Part shown: one piece after another, positions 26,018 through 34,166 of the stretch
How the letters are laid out: every line of letters begins with the position of its first letter
Numbering within the stretch: the first letter of the stretch is position 1
IMG/VR virus record: IMGVR_UViG_2744054872_000003
Location: 1-40,380 of that record
From: a virus
Taxonomy: Duplodnaviria; Heunggongvirae; Uroviricota; Caudoviricetes
Reading direction: 5' to 3' (one strand)
Length of the DNA stretch: 40,380 nucleotides
The notes under the pieces: model-generated
What the model was told of the DNA's origin: nothing
The model's database searches: none
What the model saw: the letters and a program-made list of their open reading frames with translations, nothing else
Made by a program: the position numbers and the translations under genes

Positions 26018-27493
26018 TTAAGCATAGGGATCGTAATCTGTAATGGCCTTGCCTTGCTGGTTCTGCTGACCTGGAATTCGCAGACGCTTCGACACAGGGA
26101 AAGCAAACGTCAGCAATAGCGCATCGCCTTTACCCGGCGAACGCCCAAGACGCTCTTTGATATCTTCCTTCGGTTCGATAACGATTTTACCGTCCACACG
26201 AACTTTGTACTCTGCCGCCGACAGGTCGTCTGCAGTTTCCTGGTCATCCAGCATGCCGCCCAGCCTCAGCCATGTCTTACATGAGTTGAACATCTCCCCA
26301 CGCTTGTTAAGCATCTGCGGGTCAGTGGACGCACCGCCGAACGGAACAAGTTGCCATGTACGTCCCCAGCCATCACCGATTGACTTCAAACCGGTTCCGT
26401 AACCGAAGTCGATGAACACCGCGTCAGCCTGGTACTGGTCTTCAAAGTCAGCGATACGCTTCGCCATAATCAGATCGTCGGTGGTCTTGTTGCCGGTCCA
26501 CAGCACCTTACTGTGCAGCCCCTGCCGCAGGTATATCGCCGCGTCATCAACACCGGAGTATGCAGGGTCAACGCCGATTATCACCGGAGCATGTGCCACC
26601 TGCGCAGCAGTTACCACCCGTTTCATTGCCTCGTCAGTAAGACCGGTAGGGATAAACTGCAATTCAGATGCATCAGGGAATATGCCGCGCACACGGATTT
26701 TAACGAAGTCGCTGTCTTCCCCGTAGTCATCAACCCATTTCTGCAACTGCTGTTTGTTGGTGCCTTCCACCGTCCGGCTGTCAATCTGCGCAGTTTTCCA
26801 GCGGTGTTTATATTTGCGGAAACATTCGCGGAAACGTCCGGTATTACGCGTCGGGTTTCCGAACGCCACCCAGATAATCTCAGTGTCTTCGTCCGTCAGC
26901 GCACCCTCTGCTACCTCCCACACCAGATCGGCAATGTTGGATGCTTCGTCGAAAACCACGATGATGCGTTTGCGCTCGTTGTGTAGTCCGGCGAATGCCT
27001 CAGTGTTGTGCTCAGACCAGGGGATTGCGTCAGCTCGCCACCGCTTGTCGTGCCCAGGATCATTGCTGTACATCGCGGTAGCGGTACAGGTAAACCAGTC
27101 TTTCGTGATGGCAAGGTTCGACCACTTGATAATTTCCGGCCAGGTCTTCGTTCGTAGCTGGTTGTCGGTGTTGGCGGTCACCACGACCTTACAATCCTCG
27201 CAAGTGGACATGCCCCAGTTGATCAGCATTGAGATGAATGCGGATTTACCAATACCGTGACCAGAAGCGCGTGCCAGCATAAGCGGCTGATATCGCGTCT
27301 CTGGATTCTGCAGGTGATCACGTATCTCTCGGAACGCATCAGCCTGCCACTGACGTGGACCTGTGGCATGTGCTAATTCAGTCCCCTCTTCCCCCCACGG
27401 GAACGCATAGAGGGCATAGCCAAGCGGATCGTGAGTGAACCCTGCAATATCTTCGATTAACTGCTCTTCAGGAGATAACGCTGCATCTGTCAC
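26018..27493 (-). CDS. Terminase large subunit
   Basis: Walker A-like ASGHGIGKS near the N-terminus, acidic nuclease-type C-terminal half, 491 aa; overlaps the small-subunit gene by ATGA. Confidence 0.85.
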   Translation of the reverse strand: MTDAALSPEEQLIEDIAGFTHDPLGYALYAFPWGEEGTELAHATGPRQWQADAFREIRDHLQNPETRYQPLMLARASGHGIGKSAFISMLINWGMSTCEDCKVVVTANTDNQLRTKTWPEIIKWSNLAITKDWFTCTATAMYSNDPGHDKRWRADAIPWSEHNTEAFAGLHNERKRIIVVFDEASNIADLVWEVAEGALTDEDTEIIWVAFGNPTRNTGRFRECFRKYKHRWKTAQIDSRTVEGTNKQQLQKWVDDYGEDSDFVKIRVRGIFPDASELQFIPTGLTDEAMKRVVTAAQVAHAPVIIGVDPAYSGVDDAAIYLRQGLHSKVLWTGNKTTDDLIMAKRIADFEDQYQADAVFIDFGYGTGLKSIGDGWGRTWQLVPFGGASTDPQMLNKRGEMFNSCKTWLRLGGMLDDQETADDLSAAEYKVRVDGKIVIEPKEDIKERLGRSPGKGDALLLTFAFPVSKRLRIPGQQNQQGKAITDYDPYA

Positions 27494-28083
27494 TGATTAC
27501 CATCCTGACGTTCTTTGAGTCGCTTCCTGGCTGCCGCTATGCGATCAGCAATTGTCACATTCACATTAACATCCAGGCGTTCTTTGAATGCGTTGACGTC
27601 GACGTGCTTACCAATCAGTTCTAGGTTCTTCACCTTGTCAGGCCATTTAATTTTTTTGAGGATTGTCTCTATCGAATCCTCGTTCATGTTCATGATGGTC
27701 GATGACAGATCAAAGCCACTAAGCGTAGTGCGCCAGATTTTCGGCCACTCACGGATTGGTTTAAGGCTCCCATCGTCGTTGAGGATGTCGATCACGTCCA
27801 TCTGGTCGATCTCCACCAGGCGCATGAGAACGTAATCAGCACTGACGCGCATTCGTTTGTTGCGCTCCTCCATCAACTCGGCAATCCGTTTTTGAATGCG
27901 TTCATCGCGCATCATGACACTGGCTTTAACTGCCGCTGTATTTGGTGAGAATCCTGCGTTAATCGCTGCCTGAGTCTGGTTTTCAGGCGTTTTGATGTAT
28001 GACTGGCAATAAGCCTCCTGCATTGCTGTTAGTGGCTTAAATTGCGTTGATTTGCGTTTATAGGTTTTAGGTTCAGCAGGCAT
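27490..28083 (-). CDS. Terminase small subunit
   Basis: TAMQEAYCQSYIKTPENQTQAAINAGFS fits the terminase small-subunit HTH pattern; start taken at ATG 28083 with GGTGG RBS, because the ORF-track N-terminal extension translates a repeat region. Confidence 0.7.
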   Translation of the reverse strand: MPAEPKTYKRKSTQFKPLTAMQEAYCQSYIKTPENQTQAAINAGFSPNTAAVKASVMMRDERIQKRIAELMEERNKRMRVSADYVLMRLVEIDQMDVIDILNDDGSLKPIREWPKIWRTTLSGFDLSSTIMNMNEDSIETILKKIKWPDKVKNLELIGKHVDVNAFKERLDVNVNVTIADRIAAARKRLKERQDGNQ

Positions 28084-28085
28084 AA

Positions 28086-28118
28086 TAACCACCGTGGTAA
28101 TAGTTACCGTTGTGGTAA
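28086..28118. promoter_or_regulatory. Two tandem operator-like sites upstream of the terminase operon
   Basis: TAACC-ACCGT-GGTAA at 28086..28100 (one mismatch) and TTACC-GTTGT-GGTAA at 28104..28118 (perfect), giving the appearance of a GTGGTAATAGT direct repeat. Confidence 0.5.
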
Positions 28119-28136
28119 TAGTACCATGCAAAATAA

Positions 28137-28155
28137 AGCCGCCATAGTTGGCGGC
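28137..28155 (-). terminator. Intrinsic terminator between the nin-like region and the terminase genes
   Basis: GCCGCCA-ACTAT-GGCGGC hairpin followed on the minus strand by TTTATTTT. Confidence 0.55.
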
Positions 28156-28196
28156 AGTATTCAAAACCCATCAAATTCATCATGCATAATCTACTC

Positions 28197-28208
28197 GTGA
28201 CATGTCAC
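28197..28208. repeat. 12-bp palindrome GTGACATGTCAC, copy 3
   Basis: Overlaps the stop codon of the 28205..28546 gene, upstream of the 28137..28155 terminator. Confidence 0.6.
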
Positions 28209-28546
28209 ACTATTAATTTCGTTTCATGCCAGCCTTTAGTCACCCAGCATTGTGAGTCACCATTACACGGACATGAATTAACTGGAACTCTCTCGCCGCA
28301 CTTACCGCAACGTTTTCTGCTGATCGATTTTATACGCCCGCGCACCCTGGCATCATCCTGGCGGATCAGCAGCGCGATGTACTCGGCCATTTCATAGGGA
28401 TCTCGACCAGGGCGCCGGGCGGCGCAGTTCCGCTCCAGCATTTCAATTTCCTGAGCATCAAGCACAATCTCCAGCTTACGTACACCGGATTCAGCTTGTC
28501 TGGCTCTCTGAGCGGCTTTGCGCTCTGCTGCTGATTTAGCCATCAA
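28205..28546 (-). CDS. Small basic protein with C-terminal Cys cluster (possible zinc ribbon)
   Basis: 113 aa; Arg/Ala-rich helical N-terminus and C-terminal CGKCG...CPC motif; last gene before the terminase module, so a late-regulator role is possible but unproven. Confidence 0.45.
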   Translation of the reverse strand: MMAKSAAERKAAQRARQAESGVRKLEIVLDAQEIEMLERNCAARRPGRDPYEMAEYIALLIRQDDARVRGRIKSISRKRCGKCGERVPVNSCPCNGDSQCWVTKGWHETKLIV

Positions 28547-28817
28547 TATTCACCTTTATCGCGAACACCTTTACCGGTTTATCGCCGAAGTGCGGATGTG
28601 TGATTGTCTTGATCTCATATCCGTCATACGGAACATCAATTCTACGGCTGGAATCGTCGCGCTTCGGATATCCCCTTGTGATAATCAGGCGGTCATACTC
28701 CCGGAACATAATTCGCTTATTCCAGTAGTCATTACACAGGCGATACTCTTCCGTTTTCTCTCCGCGAATCATGGCATCGAAGTATTCACCTTTGACAGCA
28801 AGTTGCAGGTTAGCCAT
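28536..28817 (-). CDS. ASCH/DUF3850-like small protein
   Basis: N-terminus MANLQLAVKGEYFDAMIRGEKTEEYR matches the pattern seen in small ASCH-like phage proteins; GGAGGT RBS. Confidence 0.45.
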   Translation of the reverse strand: MANLQLAVKGEYFDAMIRGEKTEEYRLCNDYWNKRIMFREYDRLIITRGYPKRDDSSRRIDVPYDGYEIKTITHPHFGDKPVKVFAIKVNIDG

Positions 28818-29077
28818 TACCGCACCTCCAGTCTCCATACCGCCTGACCAATCCGGCTGGCATAGGTATCTTTGGATACTGTTCCGTCTTTAGCCATCTC
28901 CATAAGAATTTTGCGCAAATCTGCCGAACGCCATTCTTCATCAGGAAATTCCTTCTCCATTGCCAACCGCAGATTCCAGGTTGCCATCCTGAATGGATAT
29001 TCCCCGCCGAGAGCTTTATCTTGCAGGGCAGCCCGGGAACGCATCACCTGCAAAACCTTCTCTTTTACATCCATCAT
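28817..29077 (-). CDS. Hypothetical protein
   Basis: 86 aa, translationally coupled within the nin-like operon. Confidence 0.4.
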   Translation of the reverse strand: MMDVKEKVLQVMRSRAALQDKALGGEYPFRMATWNLRLAMEKEFPDEEWRSADLRKILMEMAKDGTVSKDTYASRIGQAVWRLEVR

Positions 29078-29886
29078 TTCACCTCCTGCGGCGGTTCTGG
29101 TAGCGGCATCCAGTGTGTGACATTGCTAATCAGGTCATATTCATTAGTTTGAGGATGGTTGCCGCTATCATCTCCATATTTAAGACTCTCCATAAAACCA
29201 TAATGCTTATTCCCATTAACTCTCACAAAGCCGTAATAAGCAGGTATAACGCCGATCTCACACGTAACCAGTAAAGGAAAACTAGTTCTCCAATTTAGCT
29301 CGCCAATTACAGGCATTCGCTCACTACAGCTTATCCAGCCATCCGGAGTTACCGGATAGTTGCCAGCGGCCTCGGGCATATCCGGACCTTTGCGAATAGC
29401 CTTTGCAAGCTCAACAGGGTCATCGTAAAGCCAGTCGCCAGTTTGTGGGTGATTTGCTTCTGCAAGCTGCGCAGCCCATTCAAGACCATCTTTTTGACCT
29501 TGGAGATAATCAAGCGGCAACTCTTCATGATTACTTGCAGGTTCGGCACCATAGAGCATGGCAGCGCGGCAGGCGTTCCAGCCTTCATCAAAACCGACTA
29601 TGCCATTATTTAAAGACGGACGAGCATCTGGCACCACCGGCACTGGCTTGGCTATATATAGCGGCTGAACATACCAGCCCTTTGATAACCAACTGTCAGC
29701 AATGTTTTTACTCCTGGTTATTGCCGGAATACCTAAGCCATTGTCTGAATGTAGCCATGCCACCGGCTCTGCTTCCAGCGATGCCAGTGCAATCCGTGCC
29801 AGTTCCATTTGTTCGCCACGGGTAAGCCCGTTATCAAGCGGATTTTTAATGAATAATTCGATACGTTCTTTGGTAATAGTGGTCAT
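29074..29886 (-). CDS. DUF551-like phage protein
   Basis: C-terminal THWMPLPEPP is the characteristic end of DUF551 proteins. Confidence 0.5.
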   Translation of the reverse strand: MTTITKERIELFIKNPLDNGLTRGEQMELARIALASLEAEPVAWLHSDNGLGIPAITRSKNIADSWLSKGWYVQPLYIAKPVPVVPDARPSLNNGIVGFDEGWNACRAAMLYGAEPASNHEELPLDYLQGQKDGLEWAAQLAEANHPQTGDWLYDDPVELAKAIRKGPDMPEAAGNYPVTPDGWISCSERMPVIGELNWRTSFPLLVTCEIGVIPAYYGFVRVNGNKHYGFMESLKYGDDSGNHPQTNEYDLISNVTHWMPLPEPPQEVK

Positions 29887-29888
29887 AG

Positions 29889-30080
29889 CTATTTCACCTT
29901 AATCTCAACATTTCGCAGCTTTAGCTCTACTGGCAGGTCTGACTTTCCTGTTAACGCTAATGCGAGATTTTCTGGAGTAATGAGAGCTGTTATTGTTTTC
30001 CCCATCGCCAGACGAATAATCAGTCGTATCTCGCGATCGTCACATGCTCCCGGTCGAACAATTGATATTTGCCCGTTCAT
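29889..30080 (-). CDS. Small hypothetical protein (63 aa)
   Basis: GGAGAGTGAG RBS before internal ATG at 30080; upstream part of the ORF-track frame overlaps the preceding gene. Confidence 0.35.
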   Translation of the reverse strand: MNGQISIVRPGACDDREIRLIIRLAMGKTITALITPENLALALTGKSDLPVELKLRNVEIKVK

Positions 30081-30081
30081 C

Positions 30082-30693
30082 TCACTCTCCTTTGATGCGA
30101 ATGCCAGCGGCGCGTGGCACATTAACTTCCACGATGCGCACAGTTGGTTTGTACATCTCAATCGCAGTCAGCCAGTCAGCGCCAGTCATGCGCTTTTCTG
30201 CATCGCCATTAGTCCACTTAACCGGTACACCAATAGCCTTCATCGCGATTTCTATTTCCCCGGCAATGGCGCTTTTTCCGCAACCAGTAAAACCAGATAC
30301 AACGACCAGAACTTCACCTTTGGCTGGTTTTATTCCCCGCGCTTCCAGTTCTGCTATGCGCTTACTTCCATCCGAGATAACACCTTCGTAATACTCACGC
30401 TGCTCGTTGAGTTTTGATTTTGCCAACTCCAGTTGTTTTGTTAGTTCCGCAATACGGCAAACATCGTTGATACGCGTTTCCTCTAATGCGTTGATCTCAT
30501 CCAGTAGTGCCAGCACGGTTTCTGGTCCGGCCAGAAATTTGAAGGCGTTGAGGGCATCAATATCAACACCGCTATCTTTAAGTTCCTGTTCGCTTATCAG
30601 ATCATCATCAACTGGCAACATTAACAGGCGTTCCATTGCCGGAATTGCACGTTCCGCCGCCTCACGCAGTGCCTGGTAATTAATTTCGCTCAC
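30082..30693 (-). CDS. Ead/Ea22-like protein
   Basis: N-terminus MSEINYQALREAAERA and an internal coiled coil (AKSKLNEQREYYEGVISDGSKRIAELEA) resemble lambdoid Ea22-like proteins. Confidence 0.45.
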   Translation of the reverse strand: MSEINYQALREAAERAIPAMERLLMLPVDDDLISEQELKDSGVDIDALNAFKFLAGPETVLALLDEINALEETRINDVCRIAELTKQLELAKSKLNEQREYYEGVISDGSKRIAELEARGIKPAKGEVLVVVSGFTGCGKSAIAGEIEIAMKAIGVPVKWTNGDAEKRMTGADWLTAIEMYKPTVRIVEVNVPRAAGIRIKGE

Positions 30694-31121
30694 TGGTTGC
30701 CTCCTTTGCGAAGCTGGGCAGCAAAGTCACGGATAGTGCCATCAAGGTCTGGACACAACAGATTGTCAGCAAACATCTCAACCCCCTGTGCACGAATTTC
30801 AGCCAGGAAAGTATCGGTGGCTGGGGTGTCTGATTGCAGAGACTTTGCGCGATAGTCATTCCACCCTCTTGCATACATGGGATTAACTTGCACTCCATCT
30901 TTTACGCAATATGCCTGCCCTCCACGGTTGATAACCTTGATTTCGTCCATATCGCCAGACTTCAGCCCCGCATTCTCCGCTGCCAGTGCCGCGCACTTGG
31001 CCTCTGATTCAGCAAATTTACGCACCAGATATTCAGCGTTTGTTTCGTTAACCTTTAAATCTCGTGGGATGCATTTACCTTTCAGAAAACCATCCATCTC
31101 AATTAGTGACATTTGTTTCAT
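30690..31121 (-). CDS. Hypothetical nin-region protein
   Basis: Start taken at ATG 31121, which is ATGA-coupled to the upstream small ORF; the ORF-track start is an upstream GTG. Confidence 0.45.
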   Translation of the reverse strand: MKQMSLIEMDGFLKGKCIPRDLKVNETNAEYLVRKFAESEAKCAALAAENAGLKSGDMDEIKVINRGGQAYCVKDGVQVNPMYARGWNDYRAKSLQSDTPATDTFLAEIRAQGVEMFADNLLCPDLDGTIRDFAAQLRKGGNQ

Positions 31122-31294
31122 TTCTTCCCACTCCGCCACATCGCATTAGCACGCACCAGTTGCACTTCCAGTTGCGTTGCCAAATCGCTGATCAGCTTTG
31201 CCACGCTGCGCATATCAACGGCACCACATTCTGCTTTCAGTTCCGAAGCCATCTCATGCCCGGCGGCAACTAACCCTTTGATATTACTTTCCAT
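31118..31294 (-). CDS. Small hypothetical protein (58 aa)
   Basis: GAGGG RBS; translationally coupled to the next gene; under the 60-aa track cutoff. Confidence 0.3.
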   Translation of the reverse strand: MESNIKGLVAAGHEMASELKAECGAVDMRSVAKLISDLATQLEVQLVRANAMWRSGKK

Positions 31295-31355
31295 CTTTAC
31301 CCTCGCTTATCCACATAACTTATTGATTACATTGATAACTAAAAAGATCGTCGAT

Positions 31356-31700
31356 TCAGAACTCTTCGATGTTCCAGCCACCACCTGCTTTCTTTGGTTT
31401 AACCGTTACCCCGATGATTCGGAACGGATACTGATCTGCGGCGACTTTGGTTTTCACCCTGGCGTCGTCGGTCCAGAGACCTTTCACTTCGTGCAGTCCC
31501 ATCTCGCCGGTGGCGAGCATCACAGCAAAATCGGGCGTATAGAACGTGTTGTCAGCTAACCGCAGCTTGATACCCTCAAATCGATACCAGACGATTTCTC
31601 CTGCACGTTTACGCAGCTCAAGGTGCTGGCAATACGCAGATTCTGTTTTGTTCATCTGGCCTGTTTTGAGTCGACCAAGAGCCTGTATCTGTTTTCTCAT
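31356..31700 (-). CDS. DUF1064-like phage protein
   Basis: ESAYCQHLELRKRAGEI...YTPDFAV...HEVKG pattern resembles DUF1064; AAGAGG RBS overlapped by an operator site. Confidence 0.55.
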   Translation of the reverse strand: MRKQIQALGRLKTGQMNKTESAYCQHLELRKRAGEIVWYRFEGIKLRLADNTFYTPDFAVMLATGEMGLHEVKGLWTDDARVKTKVAADQYPFRIIGVTVKPKKAGGGWNIEEF

Positions 31701-31703
31701 GAT

Positions 31704-31718
31704 TTACCTCTTAGGTAA
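31704..31718. promoter_or_regulatory. Operator-like inverted repeat TTACC-TCTTA-GGTAA overlapping the DUF1064 RBS
   Basis: Perfect motif copy. Confidence 0.5.
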
Positions 31719-31765
31719 TTAAGAACCACATAAGACACGAAATCAATAGAGTTTAGAATATTTTG

Positions 31766-31780
31766 TTACCTGATAGGTAA
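31766..31780. promoter_or_regulatory. Operator-like inverted repeat TTACC-TGATA-GGTAA
   Basis: Perfect motif copy, 48 bp upstream of the previous one. Confidence 0.5.
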
Positions 31781-31817
31781 TCATTGAGGCGTAAAAAAAT
31801 GCGCTATCGCGCTGGTA

Positions 31818-32603
31818 TTACTTGATAAATCCTGCCGCCTTTCCCCGCCTGTATTCCTCCATCAGCCACTGCGCCGGTGTTATTCCCCCAAGGGTGGCGG
31901 CGTTAGGCATGCACCCGAAACTTCGCCCTGGTGGATGGTAAACGTCTCTCCCTGTGTCCGGAGGTGTACTCATGGGCTCTCGCTTTGCCTGTATGCTGAT
32001 CACCGGATCGGGTATCTGCTGTCCGGAAGCTACCTTTTTCGCCCAATCATCGAGCAGCCTGCGCGCGTGTTTCTCAACCTCAATCTCGCTAAGCTGGCGC
32101 TGATACATTGCACGGCGGGTATCACATACGACCCAGTACATAACCGGATGTCGCCACGGGAATCTTTCGGGACCACCAGGATATAAACTTTTTTCCTTGC
32201 TGTACCGGTGAAACTCCGCCATCACATCGTCAATGGTGACGCCAAGAACCATCTTGCTGTCTTTACACCACTTGATGAATTGCCCTGGCGACGGCCAGAA
32301 CGGAGACTCACTGGCGCGGGCGTGGCGCATACCAGCAGAAACCTGTTCACGGGTTCGGATCCCCCCTTCGGCAAACGCAGCAATCCACTGCTGTTTTGCA
32401 GCAACTTCCTGCTCTGGCGTCTTCAGGTTGGTTACCACTGCCGCCGGAAACAGTTGTTTCAGCTGTTTGAAAAGGGCATCAACAAGCCTCTCTGCTGACA
32501 TGTTCACCACGTTGTCATTGTTGGTGTACTGATGCTCATAACCTGACATGCGAGAAAGGGCTTCTCCGTCACGGTTTTGTATCGCGGTAAAAACGTTGTT
32601 CAC
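31818..32603 (-). CDS. Replication protein P-like (helicase loader)
   Basis: Central block LFPAAVVTNLKTPEQEVAAKQQWIAAFAEGGIRTREQVSAGMRHARASESPFWPSPGQFIKWCKD closely parallels the equivalent block of lambda P as recalled; start taken at GTG 32603 with GGAGGA RBS, overlapping the O stop. Confidence 0.7.
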   Translation of the reverse strand: MNNVFTAIQNRDGEALSRMSGYEHQYTNNDNVVNMSAERLVDALFKQLKQLFPAAVVTNLKTPEQEVAAKQQWIAAFAEGGIRTREQVSAGMRHARASESPFWPSPGQFIKWCKDSKMVLGVTIDDVMAEFHRYSKEKSLYPGGPERFPWRHPVMYWVVCDTRRAMYQRQLSEIEVEKHARRLLDDWAKKVASGQQIPDPVISIQAKREPMSTPPDTGRDVYHPPGRSFGCMPNAATLGGITPAQWLMEEYRRGKAAGFIK

Positions 32604-33415
32604 AAGAAATCCTCCCATGCTTCAGGGCTGTTCCAGTGCGGAACGTTGTTATCAGGTAATGTTAATTGCTTCTGTCTGCTAATCTGCAGCCTCCTTGCCA
32701 GCTTCTGCTCCCACTGTGCCTGATGGTATGCCTTACCCTCAGCCATCCAGTAAATTCTGAACTCTGCAAGTTCCTGTGCCGTTGGCAGACTGTCCAGGTA
32801 GATCCCCTGCAATGAGCTTTTCCGAAGAAAGTCATCTGATGGTTGCCATTGTTCATGCATGACAAATTTGCCTAATTGCCCTGGCCCACCAGGAGGAACA
32901 AAGTTATTCATCACGGCGTTGTTTGCGCCGGGGTCATGAGACACAGAATCCCCGTTTTTTGTCCTGCTCTCCCTCTCTTGGTTAAATGACTGGTTATATG
33001 ACTGGTTCTGGATCCCGTTTTTGGGATCATTCAACATCCCGTTTTTGGGATCATTCAACATCCCGTTTTTGGGTATATTCCCGTTTTCGGTAAAATTACC
33101 GTTTTCGGGTTCATTACCCCCTTCCCGGTTGCCTTTAATGTTCCCGTTTTTGGTTATATTAAGAGAGAAAACCCGCACTCTTTTTGTCGCTCCCTTTCTC
33201 TCTCCGGTATCTGAAATAAGCCCCATTTTCATGAGCGATATAAGCCCGGCCTGTACGGTTTTTTTATTCAGGCAAGTGTCTTTAACGAGGCGTTCTATGC
33301 TGGGGTAGCAGAGGTTATATTCATCGGCTCTGTCAGCCATCGAGAGCAGTATGAGCTTTAATGATGAGCTACCTGGATCTGTCTCCCAGGCCCAATCTGT
33401 TGCATGTCTGCTCAT
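32600..33415 (-). CDS. Replication initiator (O-like) with origin iterons inside the gene
   Basis: N-terminal HTH-like domain, internal Asn/Gly/Pro repeat region encoded by the iterons, helical C-terminal domain; immediately upstream of the P-like gene. Confidence 0.6.
   Translation of the reverse strand: MSRHATDWAWETDPGSSSLKLILLSMADRADEYNLCYPSIERLVKDTCLNKKTVQAGLISLMKMGLISDTGERKGATKRVRVFSLNITKNGNIKGNREGGNEPENGNFTENGNIPKNGMLNDPKNGMLNDPKNGIQNQSYNQSFNQERESRTKNGDSVSHDPGANNAVMNNFVPPGGPGQLGKFVMHEQWQPSDDFLRKSSLQGIYLDSLPTAQELAEFRIYWMAEGKAYHQAQWEQKLARRLQISRQKQLTLPDNNVPHWNSPEAWEDFL
33012..33160. repeat. Iteron array (putative replication origin)
   Basis: Two perfect 24-bp tandem copies of TCCCGTTTTTGGGATCATTCAACA at 33012..33059, then at least four degenerate copies with core CCCGTTTT(T)GG. 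Confidence 0.7.
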
Positions 33416-33430
33416 GATTAATCTCCGCTA

Positions 33431-33631
33431 TCAGCTTGAATGTTGTGGGGAGGAATTAATCATGATCTGCTTAATCTCTGCCCTGATGCGACGGTTTGAT
33501 TCCATGGTGCACTCAACACAGTGTCCGTTGTAAACCCAGCGTTCACTGTCATGTCCGTGCTTACATGGTTTTCCGGTGTAGTAGCGTTTAAGTCCGCGCT
33601 TTGCGGCATCAATACGTGTAATGATTTCCAT
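33431..33631 (-). CDS. Small Cys/His-rich protein (possible zinc finger) in the cII-equivalent position
   Basis: CKHGH...CVEC motif; start uncertain, chosen at MEIITR with AGGG RBS; alternative upstream starts at 33667 (ATG) and 33694 (TTG). Confidence 0.4.
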   Translation of the reverse strand: MEIITRIDAAKRGLKRYYTGKPCKHGHDSERWVYNGHCVECTMESNRRIRAEIKQIMINSSPQHSS

Positions 33632-33711
33632 GGTAAGCCCTGTTATTAGTATTGGGATTACGGTCATTTTGTGCTGACACAAAAAAAAGATCAACCAGAT
33701 TTGGTTATTTA

Positions 33712-33726
33712 TTACCTTTGAGGTAC
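33712..33726. promoter_or_regulatory. Operator-like site TTACC-TTTGA-GGTAC (one mismatch)
   Basis: Lies between the tR1-like hairpin and the 33431 gene. Confidence 0.4.
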
Positions 33727-33740
33727 GAATAGATATGAAA

Positions 33741-33760
33741 AGACCGCCGGGTAGCGGTCT
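33741..33760 (-). terminator. tR1-like terminator after the cro-like gene
   Basis: AGACCGC-TACCCG-GCGGTCT hairpin followed on the minus strand by TTTTCAT. Confidence 0.55.
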
Positions 33761-33781
33761 ACAGAGGGTTGTAGCTGGATA

Positions 33782-34012
33782 TCATGAGTAGAAGAAGTAT
33801 GCCAGTTCTGCTTTTGAGCGCAGCCATTGTCTTGTTTTACAGGCTTTAAAAAGCCCATTCATCAATACTTTACCTGGCATTTTTCGCTTGCCTGTTAAGT
33901 GAGTCTGGATATAGTGACTCGTCGTTCCGGCTTCCTGTGCGAAGGCTTCACGCTCATCCGGAGTAAGTGCAAGCCAGTGCTTTTTGAAATCGAAATGTCC
34001 GTTATCGCTCAT
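33782..34012 (-). CDS. Cro-like small DNA-binding regulator
   Basis: 76 aa, transcribed divergently from the repressor gene across the tripartite operator region; HTH-like segment around AQEAGTTSHYIQTHLTGKRKMPG. Confidence 0.5.
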   Translation of the reverse strand: MSDNGHFDFKKHWLALTPDEREAFAQEAGTTSHYIQTHLTGKRKMPGKVLMNGLFKACKTRQWLRSKAELAYFFYS

Positions 34013-34048
34013 AGCTATTGCCTGATATTTATTTCAGATAATAAATAT

Positions 34049-34111
34049 TCACCCATAAGGTAACAAAAATCAAGGATAGTTACCTATGAGGTGCATTTAC
34101 CTGTTGGGTAA
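34049..34111. promoter_or_regulatory. Tripartite operator region with divergent promoters (OR-like)
   Basis: Three motif copies: TCACC-CATAA-GGTAA (34049..34063), TTACC-TATGA-GGTGC (34080..34094), TTACC-TGTTG-GGTAA (34097..34111); the minus-strand TTGTTA-N17-TATTAT promoter for the cro-like gene overlaps the first. Confidence 0.65.
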
Positions 34112-34166
34112 TATTGCTTTAAATTGAATCATCTACTGATTCATATATGAGACGATTTTCCAGAAA

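Noticed and set aside
28084-28164. N-terminal extension of the terminase small subunit in the ORF track (MNTAANYGGFILHGTITTTVTITTVVI...)
   Set aside because: It translates the operator repeats and terminator hairpin, has no RBS and an implausible composition; the ATG at 28083 with a GGTGG RBS is the likely start.
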